From: Lama glama
Lineage: Eukaryota
DNA: 64,000 nucleotides
NCBI GenBank assembly: GCA_028534125.1
Contig: CM052818.1
Span: 30,258,001 to 30,322,000 of the forward strand
Direction of reading: 5' to 3'
Within the stretch, counting starts at the first letter, position 1. Each line of letters begins with the position of its first letter. Shown in pieces: positions 52,223-64,000 of the stretch. The position numbers were made by a program, and so were the translations under genes. Below the pieces are notes generated by a model. It made no database searches. It saw nothing but the letters and a program-made list of their open reading frames with translations, and had not been told where the DNA came from.

Positions 52223-54617
52223 CAAAAATAATAAAATTCTAAATAAACACAGTCACCACATAAACGATATTTATACACTACTTTATTAAAATAGGATTTA
52301 ATTTGGCCTTTATTATTTCAAGGCATCAACTATTTCAATTAACATCACTACAGTCTGAAATAGCCCACTTCACCTGATGAAATCAAGTGGCTTTCACTAC
52401 ACTTAGAAGCTAGATAATGCCTGATATTACTAGCCCCTTAATGGTTTAGGAGCTAACCACAGAGTTAGGAAACCTTTGAAGACTGCCTATCCAATTCATT
52501 TCGATTTGTTCATGTGTATTTTGATGCAGTGGGAAAGAGGGTAAACTATATTCTCTTGGAATTACATTCTGTAACGTCAAGGATGGCTGAAAGACAGACT
52601 TCATCTATAAACTCTTGCAACTACTGAATTAAGGCTAAAGTACAAAAATTTTCAATATGTTGAAGGAAAAATGTGAGACAAAAGAGAACCATGACAACAT
52701 AAACTCATTTTATTTCATGTTTAAAGGAAAATGAATATAGCTAATTTGTTTCAGTTTGAACTATTTTAGCATCACTTGTAGAACTCAAACTAAAGTGTTA
52801 TCATTGCTGTTCTGATATCCACTTTAGAAGCTCATGTATAAATAAAGTAAAGCCTTTGAATAGAAAGATTATCAGTTGAAGGAGAATGAAATATGGGATA
52901 CATATATTGCTGAATTTATATTTAAATATTTTAAGAGGAATTAAATATAATAGATACAGGCATACATATGGTACCCAAAGATAAGTCACCAGCATGAAAC
53001 CCAATGTTTGAATTCCACTTCCATCACTTACCCCTCACATGGAATTGATTCCTCTTTAAATCTAAGAGCCTAGGGTCTTTTTTTATATCTAAGTCTTCCT
53101 TGACTTCTCCTCTTATCTCACCTCCCAACTCCCATCACCCAGTGTTAACAAAATTTCCTTGTATTTTCTGACATTCTCTTCCTAAATACAACAATTAATT
53201 CACCCTTAAACATATTCCTTCTATTCTAAGACAACTTTTGACCTAGATTAGTAAACTTCAGAGGACCCTACTGTAATAGAATAGTGCAATAAAACAGTGC
53301 TTCTCTAGGAAGGGATGATGGTAAACTTTTCATCCTCCCCAGGAGATCTTGGATTTTCCTTACAGATGGTAAGGAACAAAAAACTTCCCTCCAAAAACCC
53401 AAAGTATTTTTTATTAAATATGCCTTCTTTCTTGAACTTTCTTACCTCCACTCTGTCCTTATACTCCAAATTCATGAATACCTGCCTCTTTCCTTATATC
53501 CAATTTCTCAGTCCTAGACCTCACGAAGAAAATAGGTTTCAACAAAACTGAAATTCTAGAATAGTTCCTGGAGTTGGTAGTGGAGAGAGACACTACAAAT
53601 GCACTGCAGATTGCTCCTACTTTTTTTTTTTAAAGTAATGGACAATGCAAATAAGCAGTTAAGAGGGAAAAGAAGATCTCAGCATAATGGAGTTACGGAT
53701 GAAAGGAGGGATTTTCAAAATGTTGTAAGACCCCTAACTTCATTTATCATCCTGCATAAAATTTTTTTCATTAACAATTAGCACAGGTTTAGAATCACCT
53801 GCTTTAATCTTTTGAGCCTCAGTTTGTGCATCTATAAAATGCTGATACTAACAGTAACTTCACTTCATAGGGTAATTGTGAGGATTAAACAGATAACACA
53901 TGCAAAGCTAAGAGCACACAGTGCCTGGCACACAGAAAGACTAAAAACCGTAGCTTAAAAGAAATCTGAAGGATGTAGTATCCTTGCTTTCATCCAGAAA
54001 CATAAATCTTTAAATTTTATAGTAAAATAATATATATATATATAAATTAATCCTATTCATTCAACATTTCGATTTAGAAACTCAGAGGCTACCTTGGAAT
54101 TCTCATTTAGATGGCATCTAATCAACCAGGGACAAAGTTTGGCGCTAAAATAGAACTTTATCGAAAAATACTTAGAAGTCATTCTATTGATAAAATGACT
54201 GTCAAGATACTTTCTGAAATAGTGCAAATTCAGCTGTAATCATATGCAGCTGTTCCTTTCAAAATTAAGTCACCATTTGTTCTTTTTTTCTGACACTACA
54301 GTACTCTGTTTTCACTAAAAGCCTATAACAAGGCACAGCTTCTTCGGTATCAAAACCTTTTGGAAACCTGGCTCAGAGGAAGTCACTCACTGTTTACAGA
54401 GCTAGAAAGGATCTGTGTGGTCACTCTAGGACAACTGTCACTGTCACCAGCACGTCCGGGTGTCTCACAGGGACTTGGGTCATGTAGAAGTGCAGGGGAA
54501 GGCTAGTGTCTGAAGCAAAGTCAACGACTAGGATGCCTGAAAGGGGAGAGGTTTTTAAAGGAGAATCGTTGAGGATGAGGGTCTAATCGCGGAAAAGCAT
54601 TCTCACGGGTTAGATCA

Positions 54618-55176
<559 letters not shown>

Positions 55177-55484
55177 AACCCGCCTCCCGCAGACCGACGG
55201 CGGCCAAGCGACGGCGGCGGCCACTGGGACGGCGAGGCCACAGATCCCCCGCGCGCCGGGCAGTCCCAGGAGCTCGGCACCTCCGTGCGCCGCTTGCCAC
55301 CTCCGAGCGCCGCTCGCCGGCCCCGCCCCTTTCTCCTAGCTCGGCCAGGAGCACAACCCCTTCTCCTCCTCCTGCGGTCGTTAGCGCCTGCCCCTCCCTC
55401 TCTCCGTCCTCTCAGCCGCCTGATAGCTCCGAGCGGCGACCGCGCGCTCGCGTACGCGCACGCCCTCCCGTGTCTTTTTCCGGC

Positions 55485-55498
55485 GCGTGCGCGCACGC
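55485..55498. promoter_or_regulatory. NRF1-like palindrome GCGTGCGCGCACGC (a related GCGTACGCGCACGC lies at ~55450)
   Basis: Perfect 14-bp palindrome resembling the NRF1 consensus. Confidence 0.6.
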
Positions 55499-55568
55499 CG
55501 CCGTCTTTGTTGCTCTGAGCTTCTAGTGCGCGTGTGTGGCGCCCGCCCGTAGGGCCCTTCCCCGCGGA

Positions 55569-55581
55569 ACTACATTTCCCA
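55569..55581 (+). promoter_or_regulatory. ZNF143/THAP11-type ACTACATTTCCCA promoter motif
   Basis: Matches the ACTACA-n-TCCCA motif. Confidence 0.7.
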
Positions 55582-58500
55582 CTATGCGCTGAGGCCTTCT
55601 TCGTCTTCGAGGACCCCTCGCTTCGTAGACTTCGTTGCCCCTGGGAGCTCCTTAGCGGGGAACTTAGGTCACCAACTCACCGAAGGGGCAACAGCGACTT
55701 TGGATCGCTCAGTTCGCAGAGGGCATCTCATCGTGTGTCGTCGTTTTCTTAATATTTCTTTCAGCATTTTCTGCCAGTCTTCCGTAAAGGGATGATTGGT
55801 CAGAATTTAATCACATAAGTAATGCGTCCCCATTTGGGAATTATTACTTGAGAGGAAAGCAATTGTAGGGACGTGCAAAAACTTAAGGTCACCCAAAGCA
55901 AAATGTTAGTTCAATGTGATGAAGTTATCCATTCCAGAGGTTTAATTAAACTAGTGCGTGTTTAGATGTCTAACACGAAGAATTAATTTGTTTGAATAAG
56001 GGAATTTGTAGGGTTTTGCACAGTAATCATCCCATAGTTTACTGAGGAATCCCGACTAGGCCTTTTTTTTCTCCTTCAACGTCCCTTCCTTTGGGAAACT
56101 ACCTACTCACCTTTGTTGCCTGTATTCTAATGTTGTTCAAGCACGGAACCCTGCTTCCCACATCGCAGAGGTGGAAACACTAAGTTAATCATATTCTCCT
56201 ACAAACTGTAATCTTGGATGGAGGCACTCCGGGATAGACGGTAATAATCCAACTAAAGTTAACTATTGGCAAGTTTCTGTGTTATAGTATATGTGTAGAT
56301 GTGGGAGAACCATTCTTCATTCAGCAAATATCAAGCTGCAACTTCATTCCAGGCACTGCCTGCTACTCTGTCATTATGTAATAGATGTGGAAGCTGAGTC
56401 ACTAGTCCGAGATCACAGAAAGTGGTGGAGCAGGGATTTGAATGTAACCAGTCTGACTTTGGAGCCACTCTACTATTAGGCCATGTCTTGGTTAAGTTAA
56501 TAAGTTAGTACTTAAGGGAAAAAAAAAAAAAACTGGCAGCAAACCAAATACCCATTAACAGTTACAGTGAAAACAAAAGTGTTATAGCTATGCAGATCAA
56601 CAAGGAGTAAAGTCAAACACTTGACCACAGTGATGATGACGAGGGCTACTACTAGCTAACATTTATGGAACCCATATTCTAGGCTAAGCAAGTTAATTTT
56701 TACTATTTTATTCAGTCAACACTATTGAATTCAGCATTATTGTCTCTATTTTTTAAAATAAGGAATTTGAGGCTCTAACAGACTGTTACTTGCCCAACAT
56801 CACATATTAGTTAATGACACATACTGCTTCAGGGTCTTATTGTAAAATTCTAGGCTTCCAAAGAAAAACATTTTTACATAGTCTGCCTATATTTTATTAC
56901 TCAAGAAATAAATATATCTTTAGCCCCTCGACCGAGAGTGATCTTTCACTCTTGGGATTCCAGGTATTAATTAAGTTTCTGGTCTCTGGCTTCCTGCTTG
57001 CTAAGTCTCTGCTATCCAGTTGTGCTTAATATTGACTGTGCTTTTCTGTACCTTTGCCATTTTTTTGTTTGTTTGGCAAATTGTGGGCTTGAGAGTCAGA
57101 AAGACTGTGGTTGGTATTCTGACTCTACCTGTTAGTGATGTGATATGGAACAAGTTTTTTTTTTTACTAGTTAACTCTTCTGTAAAATGAGTGGAATAAG
57201 AATTAGATTTCAAAATGAAAAAATACATTTAACACCTCCCGTATACCACCTGCAATATAAGAGATTTCAACAAATTTTGTTTTTGTCTCTTATACCTAAA
57301 AGGCCGTTACAGGATTCAGACTCTATTGGGGTCTCAGTTTTTAGTAATCTCAGTCCATATCTTCTGCCTCTTGGTATTATATTCCAGTCAAATTCATTTT
57401 CTGAATTACTGTCTTTCTAAATTTGTCTCAAGAAAATTAGTGCCTGGATGTTACCCTGGCCTTATAATTTGCCTGGACTGAAGATCCTAACAATCTCAGC
57501 CATTTAACCTGCAGTGTGACAGCCTCCCAGTTTTCAGATGGTAAGAACTTGCAGGACACTTAATCTGGAATGGAATCTGGGCCAGTTTCACCAGGACAAA
57601 AAGGAAGAGCTGAGTACTGTACTAACTAATCCAGGACATTTGGTCACTTTATCACTTTAACCTATTAATTTATTTACAAAGTGACTACCACTAAATAGTT
57701 TTTTAAAAATATATTTTAGCTCTCCTTCTCTTTTAGGGAACTCCACAAACCTTCAGTTTGAAAGATGTTGAATTATTTGAAGTAGAGACCAATGACAGCT
57801 ATTAAATGACTTCTTTTCAAAAAAAAGTAAAATAATACGTGTATATGTGCATGTATGTATATATACATGTACATATATACACATATATATATACACCTAG
57901 AACCAAGAGAAGAGATGAGTGATTTTGAAAAAGGCAGAAACTTAAAAGAGAGAAACAAATTAAAAGACATAATTGGAGGTGGGAATGGGATGAGTAGAGT
58001 AACAATTGGGAGTTTATTATCCTACAGCTGCATTAATAAGCAAAAACATAATTGTGGACAGTTAATCATTTCTCTGTGTTGAGTCCATATTGTGTGCATA
58101 TTATTGATTCATTTGTTCAACAAATAGTTATCAAGCACAGACAACACGTCAGGTGTTGGTAAGATACCAGAATCCAGTAGGCAGTAAGAGCGACTTTACA
58201 CTCTTAATACAATGGCTGAAAAGCTCAAATAGCGACTAGCAACAGTGGTCACACATAAAACACACATAAGTTCCATGTGTGAGTGTGGAATTCAAAAATG
58301 TATATGTGATGTGAATAATGAAGATTTTGAGAAATTTGAGAGTAGTATCCCCTTATTAAATGGGACTGCTGTTACTCAGCTCCAGCTGATTCTTGCCTTT
58401 CAGGAATGTGTGGTCTCTGTTGCCAAATTTTTAACACATTTCAAGAGAAACCAGAATTCTGAATTTTTATGTGAAATGTATTGCTTAGGAGATATTGTCT

Positions 58501-59329
58501 CAAAATTTGAAAACAAACAAATGAAAACAAAGCTGAGACACCAGTTTGAGTCTCTCTAGTTTACAGAGGATTTGTTACTGGTGAAAGTGCGAATGAGCTC
58601 ATGGTTTTGAAATGGTAGTAGGTGTAAGAGTATAAATTGTTGCCTAACTTGCTCAACTGGACTTTTAAAGCTGTGATGCTATGGAAGCATATGCAGAGTC
58701 AGTTAACATAGAATTTTGTATGATTGCCCTAGAGTGGCAGTCTATATGATCAGAGGGTATATTTAATCATCACTCTAAACAAAATATTTGGTTATATAAA
58801 TATAACATTACATTTCTACATTTATGATATGCAGGGGGTGTTTACTCTACCACACATGAAAAGCAGAGTAATGGGAATTGTTAGCACTGGGTGAAGGTTG
58901 GGCCACATAAAAGGAGTTGTTTATTTCCCAGGGTGGTTTCTACCAACTGTGCCTTCAGAAAGCCTTGTTATCCTTGAGATCCTCCTTCACATCTCATCTG
59001 ATAAGTTCAGTTTCTATATTCTGGTAGTTTCTCCATTTACTTTCTTCGTTACTGTTTGGGTCATTTTAAGTCCACCTCCGCCCCCACTACTGCTTAAATA
59101 ATTATTCTTTGTTAACACCACTTCAAAGATACCTGCTTACATTTATCTCAACCTCATATGAACCCCTTCAGAATTTACACTCTGTTATCATTCATCTTAA
59201 CCTTTAATCATTTATCTTATATTATCAGATATAACTAGATATACATCAACTAGATATATTATCAGATAACTAGAATACAAATTTATGAGGAGAGACACTC
59301 ATTTATATTTATATTAAACTTTCCAAGAG

Positions 59330-59830
59330 TTTAAGATCTCCAAGATCACCCCCAGGTTTGGTGATTTACTAGGAGGACTCAAAGGACTCCGAAAATAGTC
59401 ATACAGCTATGATTCATTACTGCAAAAGAATACAAAGCAAATTCAGCAAAGGCAAAAGGCACATGAGGCAAAGTCTGGAGGAAACCCAGTGTCAACTTGT
59501 AAGAGTCTTCTCTCAGTGGGGTCACACAGGACACAATTCCTCCAGTAGTGAGATCTGACAACATGTGTGAAATGTTGTCTCCCAGGGCCACTCATCAAAT
59601 CAGTGCTTGGGTTTTTGTTGGGGCTGATCATGGAGGCCCCATCTGCCTAACATGTACCAAAATTCCAGACAAAATTACAGAAGGAAAGCAGGTGCTTAAC
59701 AAACCATATTGTTTGCACAAACAGTTTAGGCACAGTGAGGCACTCTCATCCATTTGGGAAAGTTTTACATCAGTGTAGGGAACTACATTGTCCTAAGGGC
59801 AGCAGTCTCAGGTCTGCTATGTTAACTCTT
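59330..59830. mobile_element. MER21-like LTR
   Basis: caagatcacccccaggtttggtgatttactaggaggactcaaaggactc. Confidence 0.65.
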
Positions 59831-60014
59831 TTCTTTCCTCATAAATATGTGAGTAAAGGAAAGAATGAACTGGAAGATTTTTCTTTTAATATTTTCGTAA
59901 AACTGATTAGACTCATTACTCACATAAATATTCTTCCCCATTATTGCCTGTGTTATAATAAAGCAACATATTTTCCAATTAGAAAAATTTATCTACATAT
60001 TTTTACCCTTTTGA

Positions 60015-60240
60015 TTTTTTAAAATTGAAGTATAGTAGGTTCACAGTGTGTTAATTTCTGATGTACAGCATAGTGATTCAGTTATACATGTATATCTTCC
60101 TTTTCATATTTTACAAGGTATCGAATATTGTTCCCTATGTATACAGTATGAACTTGTTGTTTATCTATTTTATATATAGTAGTGTGTATCTGCAAATCCT
60201 GAAAAGGGAAGGGTGGGTGGAGAGAGAAATTGAAAGTTTT
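60015..60240 (-). mobile_element. Short L1 3' end with an inverted 5' segment
   Basis: Antisense L1 3'UTR to ~60198, followed by sense-oriented gggaagggtgggtggagagagaaattg. Confidence 0.7.
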
Positions 60241-60724
60241 GGTTTAATGTTTTAATTTTAAAACAAATTCATGCTTTTGGTAAAAAAAAAAAAAGTTTAA
60301 ACAATATAGAAGTTTATAAAAAGCAAAGACTCCCCCTCCCCATTTTCCCTCTCCACTGTTAGACTAACCACTATCAATAGTTTGTAACCATTATTAATAG
60401 CTTGTTGTATGTCTCTCCCGGCTTTTCCCTTTGCACATACAAATACACACATGCAAAAAAAAAAATCTCACTATACAGATTTTCCTACAACATGCATTTT
60501 TCACATAAAATTATGTTGTAAATGTCTTTACATGCCCGTACCTATAGATCTAATTTATTCTTTTCAGTGGCTACACAGGTATCTTTATATCCTTGTACAT
60601 TTTTGTATTTTTATGGGCTAAAATCTCAGGAAGTAAAATTGATATGTCAAAGTGAACATTCTATTTTATTTTATTTCTCTTATAGTAAGCTCATACTGAG
60701 TATGAACTCTTTGCATAATCTTTG

Positions 60725-61290
60725 GTAGTGAATATTTTTTGGCTAACTGCTCAGAATCCATTCTCTTTCTTCCCTCTTCCTAGCCATTCTAAGGTTCTCC
60801 TTTGTGAAACCCATCCTCTCCCATGTATAGAAGCCATGCAGTTCAGGTGGGATTAACTACCACCAGGGCACGTCTTTGTTATTCTTCTCGGGTGGTAGTA
60901 ATTCAGGTCTGTGGCAGTCAGCACATGGCATCCACCTTACCAAAATAACTGGCTCAAGTTGGACAGAGCAAAACAAACTTCAGACTTCTGGTCTGTGGGT
61001 AGATCTACTGGAAGTGATGCTTTCCCTCCTTGAATGTGAAAAACAAAGCATGTAGCCCTGAATAATTCTAGTAATTGTCTCTCAACTATCCATGAGAAAA
61101 GCAGCCTGGGGATGAAGCTGATATATAAAAGAGAGATGAAGGTGAGAAAATTGCAGAGAAACAGTATTGGAGCCATGACTAAACCTTGCCTGATGCCCAC
61201 CTCACTACTTTTTGTTAGCCAAAAAGTCTCCTTCATTGTTTGACAAATTTGAGTTGGGATTTCTATTACTGGAAATCAAAAGCACAATAA
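60725..61290 (+). mobile_element. Old MaLR-like LTR (MLT1 J/K-like)
   Basis: gtttgagttgggatttctattactggaaatcaaaag-like terminus. Confidence 0.5.
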
Positions 61291-63419
61291 TTGATAAATT
61301 TGTTTTCTATTTCTGCACAGCCAGGAGCACAACCTTTGGAATTAGATGGACCTGGATTGACATTTCAGCTAGCCACAGAATTACTTATCTAATTTTGTGT
61401 GACAATTTTCTGAATCTATCTTATTTTATGGGGATAATCATATTTACTTATAAGGGTATTGGAGTATTACATGGTAGAATAAGTAAATCACTTCTCAAGG
61501 TACCTGAACATAGTTGGACTTCTAATTCATTTTTTTCTGCCTTCTCCCATGTATGAATGTATTATCAATGCATTCAGATAATGACATTATAGAGGAAAAC
61601 ATTTTAAACAATAATCTTGTATTAAAATGAGGTGATATAACTATCAATTTCTATTTACCACCAAAGTTTGTCTCTAAGAAGAGAAATTGTTTCAACATAA
61701 ATTAACGTGGAATTGCTCTGGGTATCTTAAAATTAAAAGATATCAAAGCTATATATTTTACCTCTTACTTAATAACCCATGACTTATTCATAAACATAAA
61801 TTTAAGTGACAATAGTCATTTGGATTCTAAAAAGAAAATGCAAAGCATAAAATTAACTCTTTAAAAACTGAAAATAATTTAGGAAATTTTAGGAAAAAAT
61901 ATAACTGAATATAACTAAATATAACTTCTTATGAGAAATGGCTGCTGTAATTAACAATTTGGGGATGGGAAATAATAGTAAGTTTAGCATTTTCCTTTAT
62001 TTTTATTATTCTCATTGCTGGGATCATGCCTTTATCATAAAAATCAGAAGAGCACTCTATATTTATGTCTTTAAAAACCCATTTGGTATGTTCCTTGGTA
62101 CACTAACATTTGTGAGATGAGGATGGTGGTAAGAGTACCTAGGCATGGGGTTTAGTACTGAAGACAAGGGGACTCCAGGTGGAGTAATTGCCTTCCTATA
62201 TTAGGCACCAAAAGATACTTCCTTGGAAACTGATTTACCAAATGTGGTATATTTCAAGATCTTCTTGGGACGTGGTTGTTGTCCCATCACACAAACTGTG
62301 TTCAGTGGGTCCATTTACATTCAATAAATCCTATGTATTTCTCTGCAGACACATATGTATGTGTGTATGCACATGCATGTGTGTGTATGTATGTGCTAGA
62401 GCATGTTCTTTATTTCTCTGAGCACTTTACTTCCCACAAGCCATTTAATAGAAAAAAAAAACAATAGAAACAATGGGTAGAACATTATAAAAATGAAGTA
62501 CTTAGGTGTAAATAGAATGTCTCACAATTATATAATTTCAGTTTATAAAGCAGTTTCACCTATCTCATCTCATTTGATTCTGTGAAGTAAGAATTTTTAT
62601 CATAATTATACATGTGAAAAAACAGGAAGCTCAGAAGAGTTAAACTATTTGCTTAATTCCACATGGTAAATAAGTGAAGGAACCAGGTTTTAATATTTAT
62701 CTAATCCCGAATCAAATCTTTCTCTACTTCACTTGTTGTATGATTCCTAAGTAGGTGTTGCTTGTCTAAATAGGTTAATATTTTATGCATGGAATTTGCA
62801 TCATGTCTGTAAAAAGTGGATCAAGAACAGTAGCTTTTCTTTATTACTCTAGATTCTAGAATTCTAGTTCTAGATTCTAGTTCTAGAATCTATAACTACT
62901 ATCTCTCTAAAACCCCAAGAAAGGTAGGAAAGGCCAGAAACTAGTACTTTGATGTAACTGCTTGCTTTCCCTATAAATTCACTTCTTTTGAAAAAATATT
63001 GAATATAAGAAGCAAAAAATACAAAGATGAATATAATAAGATCTTTACCTTTGAAGAACTAAAAAATCTAATTGTGTGTAACTAAAGAAAATATAAGGCA
63101 GGATGAGGTAAGTACCATAATAAAAATAAATAATAGGAGCAGGTGAGAGGAGTCAGGTTAGTGCAAGTCCAAATAAGAGGTAATGTTCTTCTCATTCTTT
63201 TAATTTTAATTTTTCCCACTCTAGACAGTACTCAGGTATTGCAAATTTCTGTCATATGATGGCTCTCAGGGTCATCCTCTTATAGAATGTTTAATTTCAT
63301 ATCAAAACTCAGGATTCTGCAATATTTTGAATTAATTTTATACTTTTGTTGCTAATTTACATCATTTCTAGCTGTTATTTATTTAAATTTTTTTCTCATT
63401 TATTTTTAAATTTATTCTT

Positions 63420-63536
63420 AATTTTTTTTGTGGGGGAGGCAATTAGGTTTATTTATTTTAATGGAGGTACTGGGGTTTGAACCCAGGACCTTGTGCATAC
63501 TAGGCATGCACTCTACCACTGAGCTGTACCATCCCA
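63420..63536 (-). mobile_element. Vic-1-like SINE
   Basis: gggggaggcaattaggttt..ttgaacccaggacc..ctctaccactgagctg. Confidence 0.87.
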
Positions 63537-64000
63537 CTATTTACTTTTATTTTTGTTTTTTGTCCAGCTGTCTGCTGCTATGGCTTGTTCTCTGAATCTT
63601 TCAATTAATATGTTATAAATGTAAAGACTTTAGTGAAGCTTTTTTGTAAATCACACCAATAACTTTTCTCTAGATTGAGAGAAGCCTGGCTGATAGTTAA
63701 TTTTTCTGTGCTGTTTCCTTCAGTCATCATTTTTATATTGCCCATTTTTTCTTCAGTATTGTCAGTGTCTTTATTAAAATCCAATTTTTACTATGTATCA
63801 ACTCAATATATATTGTGTGCCTGTGATGTACTAGGCACTCTGTGAAGTACAAAGATAAATAAAACAAGATCCCTGTTCTGAAGGAGCTCACAGTCTAGCT
63901 TCTTACTTTACTAAAACTTCAGTACTTAGAAAATGTAAATTAGCAGCTTTCAGTTACTTTTTGGAATTTGGAAGTTTTTACAGAGTGCCTGCCATGTATT

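Noticed and set aside
55800..64000. Search for DPY30 or another divergent gene upstream of SPAST
   Set aside because: No coding exons or second CpG island recognisable; only repeats and AT-rich intergenic DNA.

Overview
Mammalian genomic DNA, probably from a camelid (camel, alpaca or llama). That assignment is an inference from about ten copies of a tRNA-derived Vic-1-like SINE and matching young L1 3' ends. The window holds the complete SPAST (spastin, SPG4) gene on the minus strand. I traced 17 coding exons from ATG at 55148 to TAA at 8674, all with GT-AG borders, totalling 1851 nt (616 aa). The gene also has a CpG-island promoter, an overlapping upstream ORF, the internal M87 start and a ~2.8 kb 3'UTR. 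At the left end are the CpG-island promoter and ATG-only first coding exon of the next gene on the same strand, most likely SLC30A6 by synteny. The rest is intronic or intergenic DNA rich in L1, SINE, LTR, MIR/L2 and MER58 remnants. I see no new protein-coding system. The most interesting observations are: (1) a young L1 inserted in the polypyrimidine tract of the Walker-A exon 8 acceptor; (2) a candidate 78-nt poison exon in intron 3; (3) a 13-nt miR-132-complementary site overlapping miR-139/101 seeds; (4) strong antisense exon-like signals that might belong to a transcript from the SLC30A6 CpG island running into SPAST; (5) several recent micro-insertions and duplications. Repeat family names come from recognition and were not checked by a search.
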